Shown here: positions 23,255-31,215 of the stretch, one piece after another
Numbering within the stretch: the first letter of the stretch is position 1
Layout of the letters: every line of letters starts with the position of its first letter
Assembly (NCBI GenBank): GCA_903839955.1
Contig: CAIMEI010000053.1
Location: 1-33,088, forward strand
Length of the DNA: 33,088 nucleotides
Direction of reading: 5' to 3'
Origin: Candidatus Falkowbacteria bacterium
GTDB lineage: Bacteria > Patescibacteriota > Patescibacteriia > Patescibacteriales > UBA12465
Translations under genes and position numbers: made by a program
Notes under the pieces: model-generated
The model's input: the letters and a program-made list of their open reading frames with translations, nothing else
Databases searched by the model: none
What the model was told of the DNA's origin: nothing

Positions 23255-24880
23255 TTAGGCCTGCCCTTCCGGCTGATTATAGTTCCAGTTTGGATGGTAG
23301 TAGGTATTATCTTGCTTTCCGGACTCGGCTAGATCGTCAAACAGTTTACGGAAATTTTCATAGCCTTTTTCGGAGTGAAAAAGATCCTTCATGTGAGAAA
23401 TTAATTCTCGAGAATTTTTCCCGAAACAATTAGGGTCATTGTAATATGTATCGATAATTTCCCGGTAAATTTCTTTAGTAAATTTTTCGCCCCTCTTCAT
23501 TATTCCCATATCAATCAGCTCGTTTTGCAAAATTTTTAAGCGTACATAGCGTTCAGTGGCTTTTTTATAATAATCATTATCTGATTGATCGCCGACGGAA
23601 TCTTTGTCTGTAAAGTCGGGGGCATAGGTTGTTTCTGACAGAATTTTTTGAGCAGCCAGGGAGAGTCCGGAATTTCCGTTGGTAGATTCGTGGTGCAGTT
23701 CATGTTCAATGGCGGTTTGGAAGAAGTCATCGATTTCCACATCAAGCGGTATTGTCACTTTATTGGTACCATTTGAAAAATAGGCATAACCACCAGACTC
23801 CTTGTCAATATCTTTGCTGAATTCAAAAACCGCTTCGGCATTATCCACATTTTTGATTCTCACCTGCTGGTGCTTTAGGGCTTTGGCGCGGTTAATCTTA
23901 AATTCCTTCATCAATCGATCCACGTAGCTGGAGTCTTTAATTGTATTCAGTACTCGCCCTTTGGCTTCTTGAAAAATTTTCATGATTAAAGGCGCCCGCT
24001 CAATAAGCTTGTGATCTTCAAGTTTGAACTCCGCGTCCTGGCCAGAAATAGCCTCAGCTAGCCTTTTTTGCAGTTCGGCCAAAGTATTTCTAATGTCTTT
24101 AACTAAATCCTCGTCAGCCTCCTTGTTGCCTTCAAGGTCCTTCAGATAGCTTTTATTCATTTCAATTTCGTCATTCAAGTCGCTGATATTCCTGTCGATC
24201 ATCGCCTCCTTAATTATGTCGGAAGAAATGTTACTGAGATTGATTCCTGGATTTTTCTTTTTCAAGTCTTTTTTGGCTTCAACAAATCTTTTCTTGTAGA
24301 TTTGATCGGCAATCATTTTTTTGGCCAAAACGCTGTCGGTCGCCGCTTTTTCCTGTCTATCTAAATGATGATGATTGATCTTATAAATACGAGTTAAATC
24401 GTATTCATTGGGACTCAGGTTGCGGACGGTCTCTTCTGTCGGCAGTGCTTCTTCTTCCTGGCTATCCTCCTCTATGTTGGCCTGGCGGATATTCCGAACA
24501 ATGGGCGCTTCATCTTTATTGCTATAATAATTATCTATTTCTTGCAGGAGCCCTGACATCAAACCGCCGGACAAGGCGATGGGGATGAATTCACGGCCGA
24601 TGCGGCTATGGCGTAAAATTTCCAAGACGCTGCGTTGAGATTTTTCTTTTTCTTGTCGAACTTCCTGGTTCGCCTTCTTAATAATAGTAAAGACTTCCGG
24701 ATTATCCGGAAAACTTTCCGTGATTTTTTCGCCCGACTCCACCACGTGCTTTTCGCTGGCTGAAGCGGTTTCAATAAAATCCTGCAAAGCCTGACGAGCT
24801 CCTTCGAGGCCGGGCTCTTTGATTTCACCAGATTCAACGATCGGCGTTTCTTCCTGATTGTCTAAAATTTCTTTGGACAT
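23255..24880 (-). CDS. hypothetical acidic/coiled-coil protein with C-terminal HExxH (zincin-like) motif
   Basis: 541 aa. The N-terminal two thirds are rich in E/K/D and look helical. HELHH lies at residues 393-397 (nt 23690-23704), preceded by beta-like segments (GGYAYFSNGTNKVTIPLDV). Confidence 0.75.
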   Translation of the reverse strand: MSKEILDNQEETPIVESGEIKEPGLEGARQALQDFIETASASEKHVVESGEKITESFPDNPEVFTIIKKANQEVRQEKEKSQRSVLEILRHSRIGREFIPIALSGGLMSGLLQEIDNYYSNKDEAPIVRNIRQANIEEDSQEEEALPTEETVRNLSPNEYDLTRIYKINHHHLDRQEKAATDSVLAKKMIADQIYKKRFVEAKKDLKKKNPGINLSNISSDIIKEAMIDRNISDLNDEIEMNKSYLKDLEGNKEADEDLVKDIRNTLAELQKRLAEAISGQDAEFKLEDHKLIERAPLIMKIFQEAKGRVLNTIKDSSYVDRLMKEFKINRAKALKHQQVRIKNVDNAEAVFEFSKDIDKESGGYAYFSNGTNKVTIPLDVEIDDFFQTAIEHELHHESTNGNSGLSLAAQKILSETTYAPDFTDKDSVGDQSDNDYYKKATERYVRLKILQNELIDMGIMKRGEKFTKEIYREIIDTYYNDPNCFGKNSRELISHMKDLFHSEKGYENFRKLFDDLAESGKQDNTYYHPNWNYNQPEGQA

Positions 24881-24883
24881 ATT

Positions 24884-25048
24884 TTATGACGACAAAGACG
24901 AGGAAAGCTCTTCGTGCTTTTCTTTGTCCTGCTTTTTTAAAACGGCGGCGATTTTTTGATCGCGCTCATTAAGGATCCGACTGAACCGTTCCTTGAAAGC
25001 GGTTTCTATTTTTTTTAATTCGGCCGAGATTTTTTCTGCCTCGTTCAT
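24884..25048 (-). CDS. 54-aa ORF, candidate stand-alone UVR-like helical hairpin
   Basis: It is below the ORF-track length cutoff. Own translation: MNEAEKISAELKKIETAFKERFSRILNERDQKIAAVLKKQDKEKHEELSSSLSS. It starts 11 nt after the uvrB stop and ends 3 nt before the next gene. Without it there would be a 179-nt gap in an otherwise tightly packed operon. Confidence 0.45.
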   Translation of the reverse strand: MNEAEKISAELKKIETAFKERFSRILNERDQKIAAVLKKQDKEKHEELSSSLSS

Positions 25049-25059
25049 ATTATTAAAAA

Positions 25060-26952
25060 TTAATTTTCGGCGTGATCCAGCATGTCCTCAATCTTTTTGA
25101 TGACGGTCTGCGGTGTGATGCCATGCTTCTTATTATACTCTAATTGTTTGATTCGGCGACGGCGCGATTCGGAAATTGCCCGCTCCATGGAGTCAGTAGT
25201 TTTGTCGGCATATAAAATAATCCGGCCCAAAACGTTACGCGCCGCCCGGCCCATTGTCTGCAACAAAGAAGTTTGACTACGCAAGAATCCTTCACGATCA
25301 GCATCCAAAATAGCTACCAGAGTCACCTCCGGCAAATCCAAGCCTTCACGGAGCAGATTAACGCCAATCAGGACATCAAATTTCCCCTCCCGGAATTGCT
25401 TGAGAATTTCCGTGCGCTCAAAAGTTTTGATGTCGGAGTGGAGATAGTTGGCCTGTAAACCTTTTTGGTTCAAAAAAGTGCTCAAATCCTCAGCCTGGGC
25501 CTTGGTTAAAGTATTAATAATCACTCGCTCGCCTTTGGCGGCGAGCACTTCCGCCTCAGCCATGATGTCATTAATCTGGCTATAGTTTTTTTCCTTATCA
25601 AAAACCGGACGGATTTCAATTTCTGGATCCACCAGGCCGGTCGGACGAATTACCTGTTCCACCACTTTGGTGGAATGCTCTCTTTCAAAATCTCCAGGCG
25701 TGGCGGACGTAAAAATGGTCTGACCGATGCGCTTCAAGAATTCCGCAAAGCGCAAAGGACGATTATCCATCGCCGAGGGCAAGCGCCAGCCGTATTGCAC
25801 CAGCGTTTTCTTGCGCGCCTGGTCGCCATTGAACATGCCGCGCACTTGCGGAACGGAAATATGCGATTCATCAATCACCGTCAAAAAATCCGGCTTGTCA
25901 TCCTTCCAGGGAAAATAGGCCAAAAGTGAATCCGGCGCCTGGCCGGCTAATTTGCCGGTGAGATGGCGAGAATAGTTTTCGATGCCGTGGCAATAACCAA
26001 GTGAGCGCAGCATTTCCATGTCGTAGTGCGTGCGGCGCTCCAAGCGCTCGGCCTCCAAAAGCAGGCCAGCCTCGCGGAAATAAGCCAGGCGGTCGTTCAA
26101 TTCTTCTTCAATATGCTTCACCGCCGCTTCCACTTGCGGCTGAGTGGAAACAAAATGCTTAGGCGGGAAAATCATAATTTCCGGCAGGGACTCCAAAATG
26201 TTCTTGGTGGTGTTATCGATTACTGAAATTTCTACTACTTTTTGGTCGGCCAGTTCAAAGCGATAAACGAGATTTTCCGATTTCGGCCGCACCTCAAAAA
26301 CATCGCCGCGCACCCGAAATTGGCCGCGCTCCACTTCGCCGTTGACCCGCTCAAATTGCATTTTGATGAGCTGGCGGATTAAATCGGCGCGCGTCATCGT
26401 CTGCTCTTTTTCCAAGCGCAAAGCAGATTCCAAATAGTTGAAGGGGATACCGAGATTGTAAATGCAAGAAACGGAAGCGACAATAATCACGTCGCGCCGC
26501 GTCATCAATGAAGAAGTGGCGGCGTGGCGCAGACGGTCAATTTCCTGATTGATCATCGCCTCCTTGTCGATGTAAGTGTCCGTGATCGGCAAATAAGCCT
26601 CCGGCTGATAATAGTCGTAATAGGAAACAAAATAATGCACCGCGTTATTGGGAAAAAAATTCTTGTATTCACGGTAGAGCTGAGCGGCCAGCGCTTTGTT
26701 TGGCGCAATCACCAGGGTCGGCCGATTAAATTCAGAAATCACCTTGGCGGCCGTGAAAGTCTTGCCGCTGCCGGTAACGCCCAAAAGAGTCTGGAAGGCG
26801 GCGCCGGATTTCAGACCTTCAAGCAGCCCCTTGATGGCCTCAGGCTGATCACCGGCCGGCTCAAAAGGCGATTGCAAGTCAAAAAGCGGTGTTTCAGATT
26901 TCTGAACACCGTCTTTTGAGATTTTGGTCTTTTTGAGCGTTGATTGGGCCAT
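25060..26952 (-). CDS. uvrB: excinuclease ABC subunit B, lacking the C-terminal UVR domain
   Basis: 630 aa. It shows Walker A (GVTGSGKTFT), the DESH box (VIDESHISVPQ), helicase motifs (GINLLREGLDLPEV, QTMGRAARN) and HGITPQT near the end. It terminates about 60 aa earlier than E. coli UvrB. Confidence 0.96.
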   Translation of the reverse strand: MAQSTLKKTKISKDGVQKSETPLFDLQSPFEPAGDQPEAIKGLLEGLKSGAAFQTLLGVTGSGKTFTAAKVISEFNRPTLVIAPNKALAAQLYREYKNFFPNNAVHYFVSYYDYYQPEAYLPITDTYIDKEAMINQEIDRLRHAATSSLMTRRDVIIVASVSCIYNLGIPFNYLESALRLEKEQTMTRADLIRQLIKMQFERVNGEVERGQFRVRGDVFEVRPKSENLVYRFELADQKVVEISVIDNTTKNILESLPEIMIFPPKHFVSTQPQVEAAVKHIEEELNDRLAYFREAGLLLEAERLERRTHYDMEMLRSLGYCHGIENYSRHLTGKLAGQAPDSLLAYFPWKDDKPDFLTVIDESHISVPQVRGMFNGDQARKKTLVQYGWRLPSAMDNRPLRFAEFLKRIGQTIFTSATPGDFEREHSTKVVEQVIRPTGLVDPEIEIRPVFDKEKNYSQINDIMAEAEVLAAKGERVIINTLTKAQAEDLSTFLNQKGLQANYLHSDIKTFERTEILKQFREGKFDVLIGVNLLREGLDLPEVTLVAILDADREGFLRSQTSLLQTMGRAARNVLGRIILYADKTTDSMERAISESRRRRIKQLEYNKKHGITPQTVIKKIEDMLDHAEN

Positions 26953-26976
26953 AAATTACTTAACTCTTAACCAACA

Positions 26977-27005
26977 ATTTTAACGAAAAATCGCTAAAAA
27001 GTCAA
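26977..27005 (-). promoter_or_regulatory. sigma70-type promoter of the uvrB operon
   Basis: Minus strand: TTGACT (27005-27000), a 17-nt spacer, TAAAAT (26982-26977), 25 nt upstream of the uvrB ATG. Confidence 0.6.
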
Positions 27006-27043
27006 TATTTGCCGCCATCATTCCGAGCAACTAGCCAATTACT

Positions 27044-27427
27044 TTATTTTACCAAATATTTCTGCAGATTGGCCTGAGATTGCGGTGAACTATGCTTGCC
27101 GACGGAGTGGAACATTGCGCTTGCATCCTGTCCGCAACCGTTTAAAATCTTGTTCCCGCCCGGATGCATGCCGGATTGAACGTAAGGAGTGACATTATAG
27201 GTCTGGCCATCAATAATCATCCAGCAATCCGTGGCGCTATTGTGCTTGGCAACTTCTGCTAAGGCGGCCGGCGTAGCCGCTGGCGCGGTCACTTGCGTAT
27301 CACTGGCGCTTACTGCCGGGGTGTTGCTAGCCGGGGCAGCCGTCGGAGCGGTTGTTTGGCTCGCACAGGCCGCCAGAAAAAGCGGCGCGAGAACAAGCAA
27401 AGAGATCAAAAGGTGTTTTTTCTTCAT
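27044..27427 (-). CDS. cytochrome b5-like heme/steroid-binding domain lipoprotein
   Basis: 127 aa. Lipobox signal peptide (LVLAPLFLAAC|AS), a Thr/Ala/Pro-rich linker, then VAKHNSATDCWMIIDGQTYNVTPYVQSGMHPGG with the HPGG signature of cytochrome b5-like domains. Confidence 0.8.
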   Translation of the reverse strand: MKKKHLLISLLVLAPLFLAACASQTTAPTAAPASNTPAVSASDTQVTAPAATPAALAEVAKHNSATDCWMIIDGQTYNVTPYVQSGMHPGGNKILNGCGQDASAMFHSVGKHSSPQSQANLQKYLVK

Positions 27428-27571
27428 AAAATTATGGGGTTTAAATTAATAATAAATTCCTTATTTATTTATACGCCAGCTTCAAGCTTTTTGATTGAAC
27501 CAGCCTCTAAAATAAAGATATCCTAGTGATAAATATATCATAAAAATCCGATAAAGCCAAAGCGTCTTTCT

Positions 27572-27600
27572 GTAACTTTTTTCCCTGTTTTTCGTATAAT
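27572..27600 (+). promoter_or_regulatory. candidate promoter of the leader/small-ORF unit upstream of the MFS gene
   Basis: TATAAT at 27595-27600. The -35 is weak (GTAACT or TGTAAC, 17-18 nt upstream). Confidence 0.35.
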
Positions 27601-27613
27601 TTAGCAGAAACAT

Positions 27614-27772
27614 ATGCAAAAGATCCAAAAACACAACCCGAATTGCAATAAAGCCATGGACTATCGTTCTTGGGGCTTTATTTTTGGCTTGGTAACCGAT
27701 TTTCAGACCGGGTTGGTGTTAACGAATGTCGTCTTAGACGAATACTCTGTTTTAAGAGAAAAAACGCCATAA
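27614..27772 (+). CDS. 52-aa small ORF (possible leader peptide/small protein, or non-coding leader)
   Basis: Own translation: MQKIQKHNPNCNKAMDYRSWGFIFGLVTDFQTGLVLTNVVLDEYSVLREKTP. It starts 14 nt after the TATAAT and is followed by a strong terminator. Below the ORF-track cutoff. Confidence 0.3.
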   Translation: MQKIQKHNPNCNKAMDYRSWGFIFGLVTDFQTGLVLTNVVLDEYSVLREKTP

Positions 27773-27804
27773 TTAGATAATTTTCACAAAATTTGCGAAA
27801 AATC

Positions 27805-27844
27805 ATCTCCCCAGGTCCGAAATCGGTGCCTGGGGAGATTTTTT
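27805..27844 (+). terminator. intrinsic terminator 45 nt upstream of the MFS start codon
   Basis: ATCTCCCCAGG (27805-27815) pairs perfectly with CCTGGGGAGAT (27829-27839): an 11-bp stem with a structured 13-nt loop, followed by TTTTTT. Confidence 0.7.
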
Positions 27845-27888
27845 ATATATTTTTTCATCATTTTTTAACAATTTAATAAATAAATCAC

Positions 27889-29082
27889 ATGAGAACAAAA
27901 ATTTCTTCTCTTTTTCTGATTCACGCTTTAATTAGCGGGATTGCAATTTCTTTCTTCTTTACGACTTATCAACTTTTTCTCAAAGGAAAAGGGATGAGTT
28001 TATTAGAAATCAATTTGATTAACGGCTTCTTTATGGCCGCCGTTTTTCTCCTAGAAGTGCCAACAGGCGCTTTTGCCGACGCGACGAGCCGGGTAAGATC
28101 CATCGTCAGCGGCTCCCTGCTCCTCGCCGTTTCTTTCGGCGCCTACTTTTTCGCCCATTCGTTCTGGCAATTTGTCGGCGCAGAAATTATCGGGGCGCTC
28201 GGGCAATCTTTAATTAACGGCGCCATTCAATCCTGGCTAATCAGCTGGTTGAATACTTTAGGCGAAAGCCAACGATTAAAAAAATTGTTCGCCCGCCAAG
28301 TGTCCATTAGCCAAATCGGCATCATGGTTGGGGCGCTAGTCGGTAGCCAGCTGGGCAGTTATAATCTGGCTTGGCCCTGGCTAGCCTCGGCATTTTCCTT
28401 TGTCCTGGTGGCAATTTTCGTAGCTTTCTTCCCAGAGAATCACGAACAAAGAGTGGTGGCTAAGGTTTCTTTTACGGCCATTTTCTGCCGGGCGCGCGAG
28501 GGATTCTTATTCAGCTTAAAAAGAAAAAGCATCCTCTACATTGCCGCTTTCTCCGCCCTCTTCTTTTTCTGCCTGCAGGCAGTGAATATGTACTGGCCGC
28601 TTTTCTTCGCGGATAAAGGAATTACTGTTAGCAAACTGGGGCCGATGTTTTTCGGCGTTAGCCTAGCTACCATTATCGGCGCCAAAATCGGCGAATTAAT
28701 CCCCAAGAAATCCGAGGAAAAAAGATCATTTTTGGTTGTACCGCAAATTGTGACTGGCCTGGCAATAATTGCTTTGACCTTTTCGCTGGCCAACTCCTGG
28801 ATTATCACTTTTTTCTTGCTGCACGAAGCGGCCCGCGGCTTCTATAAACCCGTGCTGACCGTTCAACTGAACGCCGAAATACCCGAAAGAATTCGGGCCA
28901 CGGTGAATTCCTTTGAATCCATGTGTGAAAAATTCGGCGCTTTTCTCGGCCTGTTAATTTCTGGCGGGATAGCCCAAGTAACGTCCATTGGCAACTCCTG
29001 GCTAGTGAGCGGAATAATCCTGCTCGCTGGTATCCTGCTTTTCTATTTATTCAGAAAAACGGTGCCCTCAAAAAAGGGGTAA
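27889..29082 (+). CDS. MFS transporter
   Basis: 397 aa with about 12 hydrophobic helices. Loop 2-3 has the motif GAFADATSRVRS (MFS motif A-like). Confidence 0.85.
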   Translation: MRTKISSLFLIHALISGIAISFFFTTYQLFLKGKGMSLLEINLINGFFMAAVFLLEVPTGAFADATSRVRSIVSGSLLLAVSFGAYFFAHSFWQFVGAEIIGALGQSLINGAIQSWLISWLNTLGESQRLKKLFARQVSISQIGIMVGALVGSQLGSYNLAWPWLASAFSFVLVAIFVAFFPENHEQRVVAKVSFTAIFCRAREGFLFSLKRKSILYIAAFSALFFFCLQAVNMYWPLFFADKGITVSKLGPMFFGVSLATIIGAKIGELIPKKSEEKRSFLVVPQIVTGLAIIALTFSLANSWIITFFLLHEAARGFYKPVLTVQLNAEIPERIRATVNSFESMCEKFGAFLGLLISGGIAQVTSIGNSWLVSGIILLAGILLFYLFRKTVPSKKG

Positions 29083-29149
29083 GAAAACATGAAGGTTTTT
29101 ATTTTGAGATAAAATACTTTGTCTGGAATAAAAACCCCTAAGCTAACAA

Positions 29150-29185
29150 AAAGCTACTTGTAAAAAGTAGCTTTTCTTTTTGGCC
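29150..29185. terminator. bidirectional intrinsic terminator between MFS and GT-C genes
   Basis: AAAGCTACTT (29151-29160) pairs perfectly with AAGTAGCTTT (29166-29175): 10 bp with a 5-nt loop, then TTTTCTTTTT. Confidence 0.7.
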
Positions 29186-29209
29186 GCATTAATATGAGTA
29201 ATTCTAATT

Positions 29210-30742
29210 CTACGACCGCCCATTATAACCCAACAGTCGCAAGCTTTCTTTTTCCTGAAAATACACCGGGGCGACATTCATCAAAAAATGGACATAGTTT
29301 TGCCAATCATCATTGGCGCCGAAAGTTTCAATCACCCGCCGTTCCGGAAAAAATATTTTGTCGCCGCGATTGGTGATGATGATTGCGTCTGCGGGGATGT
29401 CTTTTAATAAATTTCCCGCCTCAATTCGGTTAGCGCTTACCTTCTGGCGTACGGCCAAAATGTTATTGGGATCACTAATCAGCAGCTGATAAAAACTCAT
29501 TATTGCCAAGATGACAATGGCCGCGCCGCCGAAATACTTAGTTTTAAGCCGGCGATTTCCCTCCACCAAAGTGAGCGCCGTAAAAGGCAAAATAGCCGCA
29601 AAAATTATCAGCCAATAACGGACATAGGAAGCGCCCAGATGATTCAAGCTCAAAGTCACCAAATCATCAAATTTCCAGGAACCATAATAATTAAACAGCC
29701 AAAGGAGCACGAAAATTGTCAGCCCAAAGTAGAGCTTGGCCGCCGCTTCTTTTTTCTTCCAGTCCTTCACAAAAATAAAGCCGCCTAGAAGCGCGAGCAA
29801 AAAAGTGACAGGCGAAATCAGGATAAAATAATGCCAAAAATTATGCAAAGCCAAGCGCGGATAAAAACCGAAGGGCAAAAAAGCTTGCGTCAAAAGGCGC
29901 AAAAAGACATTAGAATGCTGGGCAAGTGCCGGCAATTTATCATAACCCGTGACCAAGAGACTGCCGAAAATCCACTGCTGAAAAAAGATAGACGGCAAAA
30001 TAGCGAGGTAGGCCGCTCCCAAAAACAGAGTGACATTCAATAAGCGCAGCTCCCTTCTTTTAGCGATTGCCACAAAAAGATAAACAACGGCCAGCCAAAT
30101 GAATTCCGAGGGCCGAATCGCCAGCGCCAAGCCGGCGCTCAAGCCGGAAAGAAGCCAAAGCCAGAATTGATTTTTCTTGGCATAGGCCAGCAAGGCAACG
30201 CTGACCAAAAATAGTGAGACAAAAGGCACGTTCGGCAATAAAGATTCAAAAGAATAATATTGCCAAGGCGCGCTAACGCCCAATAACAAAGCCGAAAATA
30301 GCGCCACGCTTTCGCTGGCAAAAACTTTTTTGACGAGATAATAAAAAGCCCAGACCGCTCCCAGGGCCAAAACCGGGGTGAAATAAATTATCGCTCCGCT
30401 CCCAAAAATCTTGGCGAGCGTCGCAAATAAGATAATCAATCCGAGAAAACTTCCTGGCACCACCGCGCCGAGCGCATTAGTGTTAAAGCTACGCGGATGA
30501 ATTTGATTTTCTGCCCACAGATTAAGCGGTTCCGGCAGGGCCAAGCGATGGTGGACTAAAAGCTCCTTGGTCCAAAAATAATTTGCTCCTTCGTCCGGCC
30601 AATCAAACTTCAAGCCGATGCCATTAGAAATTTTTACCGGCGTGATTACTGTGAATTGGAAAATTAAAAAAGCGAGCGAAAAAATCGCCAGGATGGCCGC
30701 TGGTCTGAACAGGCGGATTTTTTTATCGGCTAGTAATTTCAT
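29210..30742 (-). CDS. GT-C-type (GT39/ArnT-like) polytopic membrane glycosyltransferase
   Basis: 510 aa with 11 or more TM segments, followed by a C-terminal soluble domain of about 90 aa. The first extracytoplasmic loop has a DE motif (FDWPDEGANYFW), as in the ArnT/PMT family. The assignment rests on architecture rather than strong motifs. Confidence 0.65.
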   Translation of the reverse strand: MKLLADKKIRLFRPAAILAIFSLAFLIFQFTVITPVKISNGIGLKFDWPDEGANYFWTKELLVHHRLALPEPLNLWAENQIHPRSFNTNALGAVVPGSFLGLIILFATLAKIFGSGAIIYFTPVLALGAVWAFYYLVKKVFASESVALFSALLLGVSAPWQYYSFESLLPNVPFVSLFLVSVALLAYAKKNQFWLWLLSGLSAGLALAIRPSEFIWLAVVYLFVAIAKRRELRLLNVTLFLGAAYLAILPSIFFQQWIFGSLLVTGYDKLPALAQHSNVFLRLLTQAFLPFGFYPRLALHNFWHYFILISPVTFLLALLGGFIFVKDWKKKEAAAKLYFGLTIFVLLWLFNYYGSWKFDDLVTLSLNHLGASYVRYWLIIFAAILPFTALTLVEGNRRLKTKYFGGAAIVILAIMSFYQLLISDPNNILAVRQKVSANRIEAGNLLKDIPADAIIITNRGDKIFFPERRVIETFGANDDWQNYVHFLMNVAPVYFQEKESLRLLGYNGRS

Positions 30743-30762
30743 ATTTGTTGCTTATTTCCTAA

Positions 30763-31215
30763 TTATAGCACACCGCCGTGATATTTCAGTCGATAAACCG
30801 CCTGGCCTTGATGGTAAATAGCCTCCTCGCCCGAAAAAGCCTCAAGATCGCCAATAAACTTATTTTCATATAAAAATTCTCCCGCACCAAATTCCTGCGG
30901 CCCGCGAAAGGGCGCGCTGACACTAGCCTTTTTCAGGCAGGCCTTGAGAAACGAATAAATTTCCCCTTGCGAAGCGCCATCCATCGGTTGGCAATGTCCG
31001 AAATAATTCATCAACCAAATCGCCTCCTTGCCTTGAAAAACCAACTCTTCCCCGCCGAAGGGGTTGGAGCCAAAATAGCGGTCGCGATAGAAAAAATCGC
31101 CCTGAGAGAAACTTAATTCCCGCGTGCCGTCTGGCAAGCGTTTTTCTCCGCCTTCCCCTTTGGAGGCATAGGTGTTTTTCTTGGCCTCAACTAAAAATTC
31201 CGCAAAAGATGTCAT
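30763..31215 (-). CDS. DUF5680 domain protein
   Basis: 150 aa. FLVEAKKNTYASKGEGG ... FYRDRYFGSNPFGGEELVF ... IWLMNYFG ... FRGP ... YRLKYHGGVL matches my memory of the DUF5680 family. That domain is often fused or adjacent to XRE HTH domains. Confidence 0.65.
   Translation of the reverse strand: MTSFAEFLVEAKKNTYASKGEGGEKRLPDGTRELSFSQGDFFYRDRYFGSNPFGGEELVFQGKEAIWLMNYFGHCQPMDGASQGEIYSFLKACLKKASVSAPFRGPQEFGAGEFLYENKFIGDLEAFSGEEAIYHQGQAVYRLKYHGGVL

Noticed and set aside
25048-25062. Stop-codon read-through joining uvrB to the 54-aa ORF
   Set aside because: The ORF is in a different frame from uvrB (its ATG at 25048 is offset by 2 from the uvrB frame), so simple read-through cannot fuse them. A sequencing frameshift remains possible and is listed as a refutation test.
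27465-27500. AGCTTCAAGCT palindrome upstream of the cytochrome b5-like gene, considered as a terminator or operator
   Set aside because: The arms are only 5 bp with a 1-nt spacer, so it cannot form a hairpin. It is too short to distinguish from chance in AT-rich intergenic DNA.
27600-27845. Assignment of the MFS leader to a known riboswitch class (guanidine, fluoride, PRPP and others)
   Set aside because: I could not find the conserved cores of any class I remember. It is reported only as an unclassified leader or small ORF.
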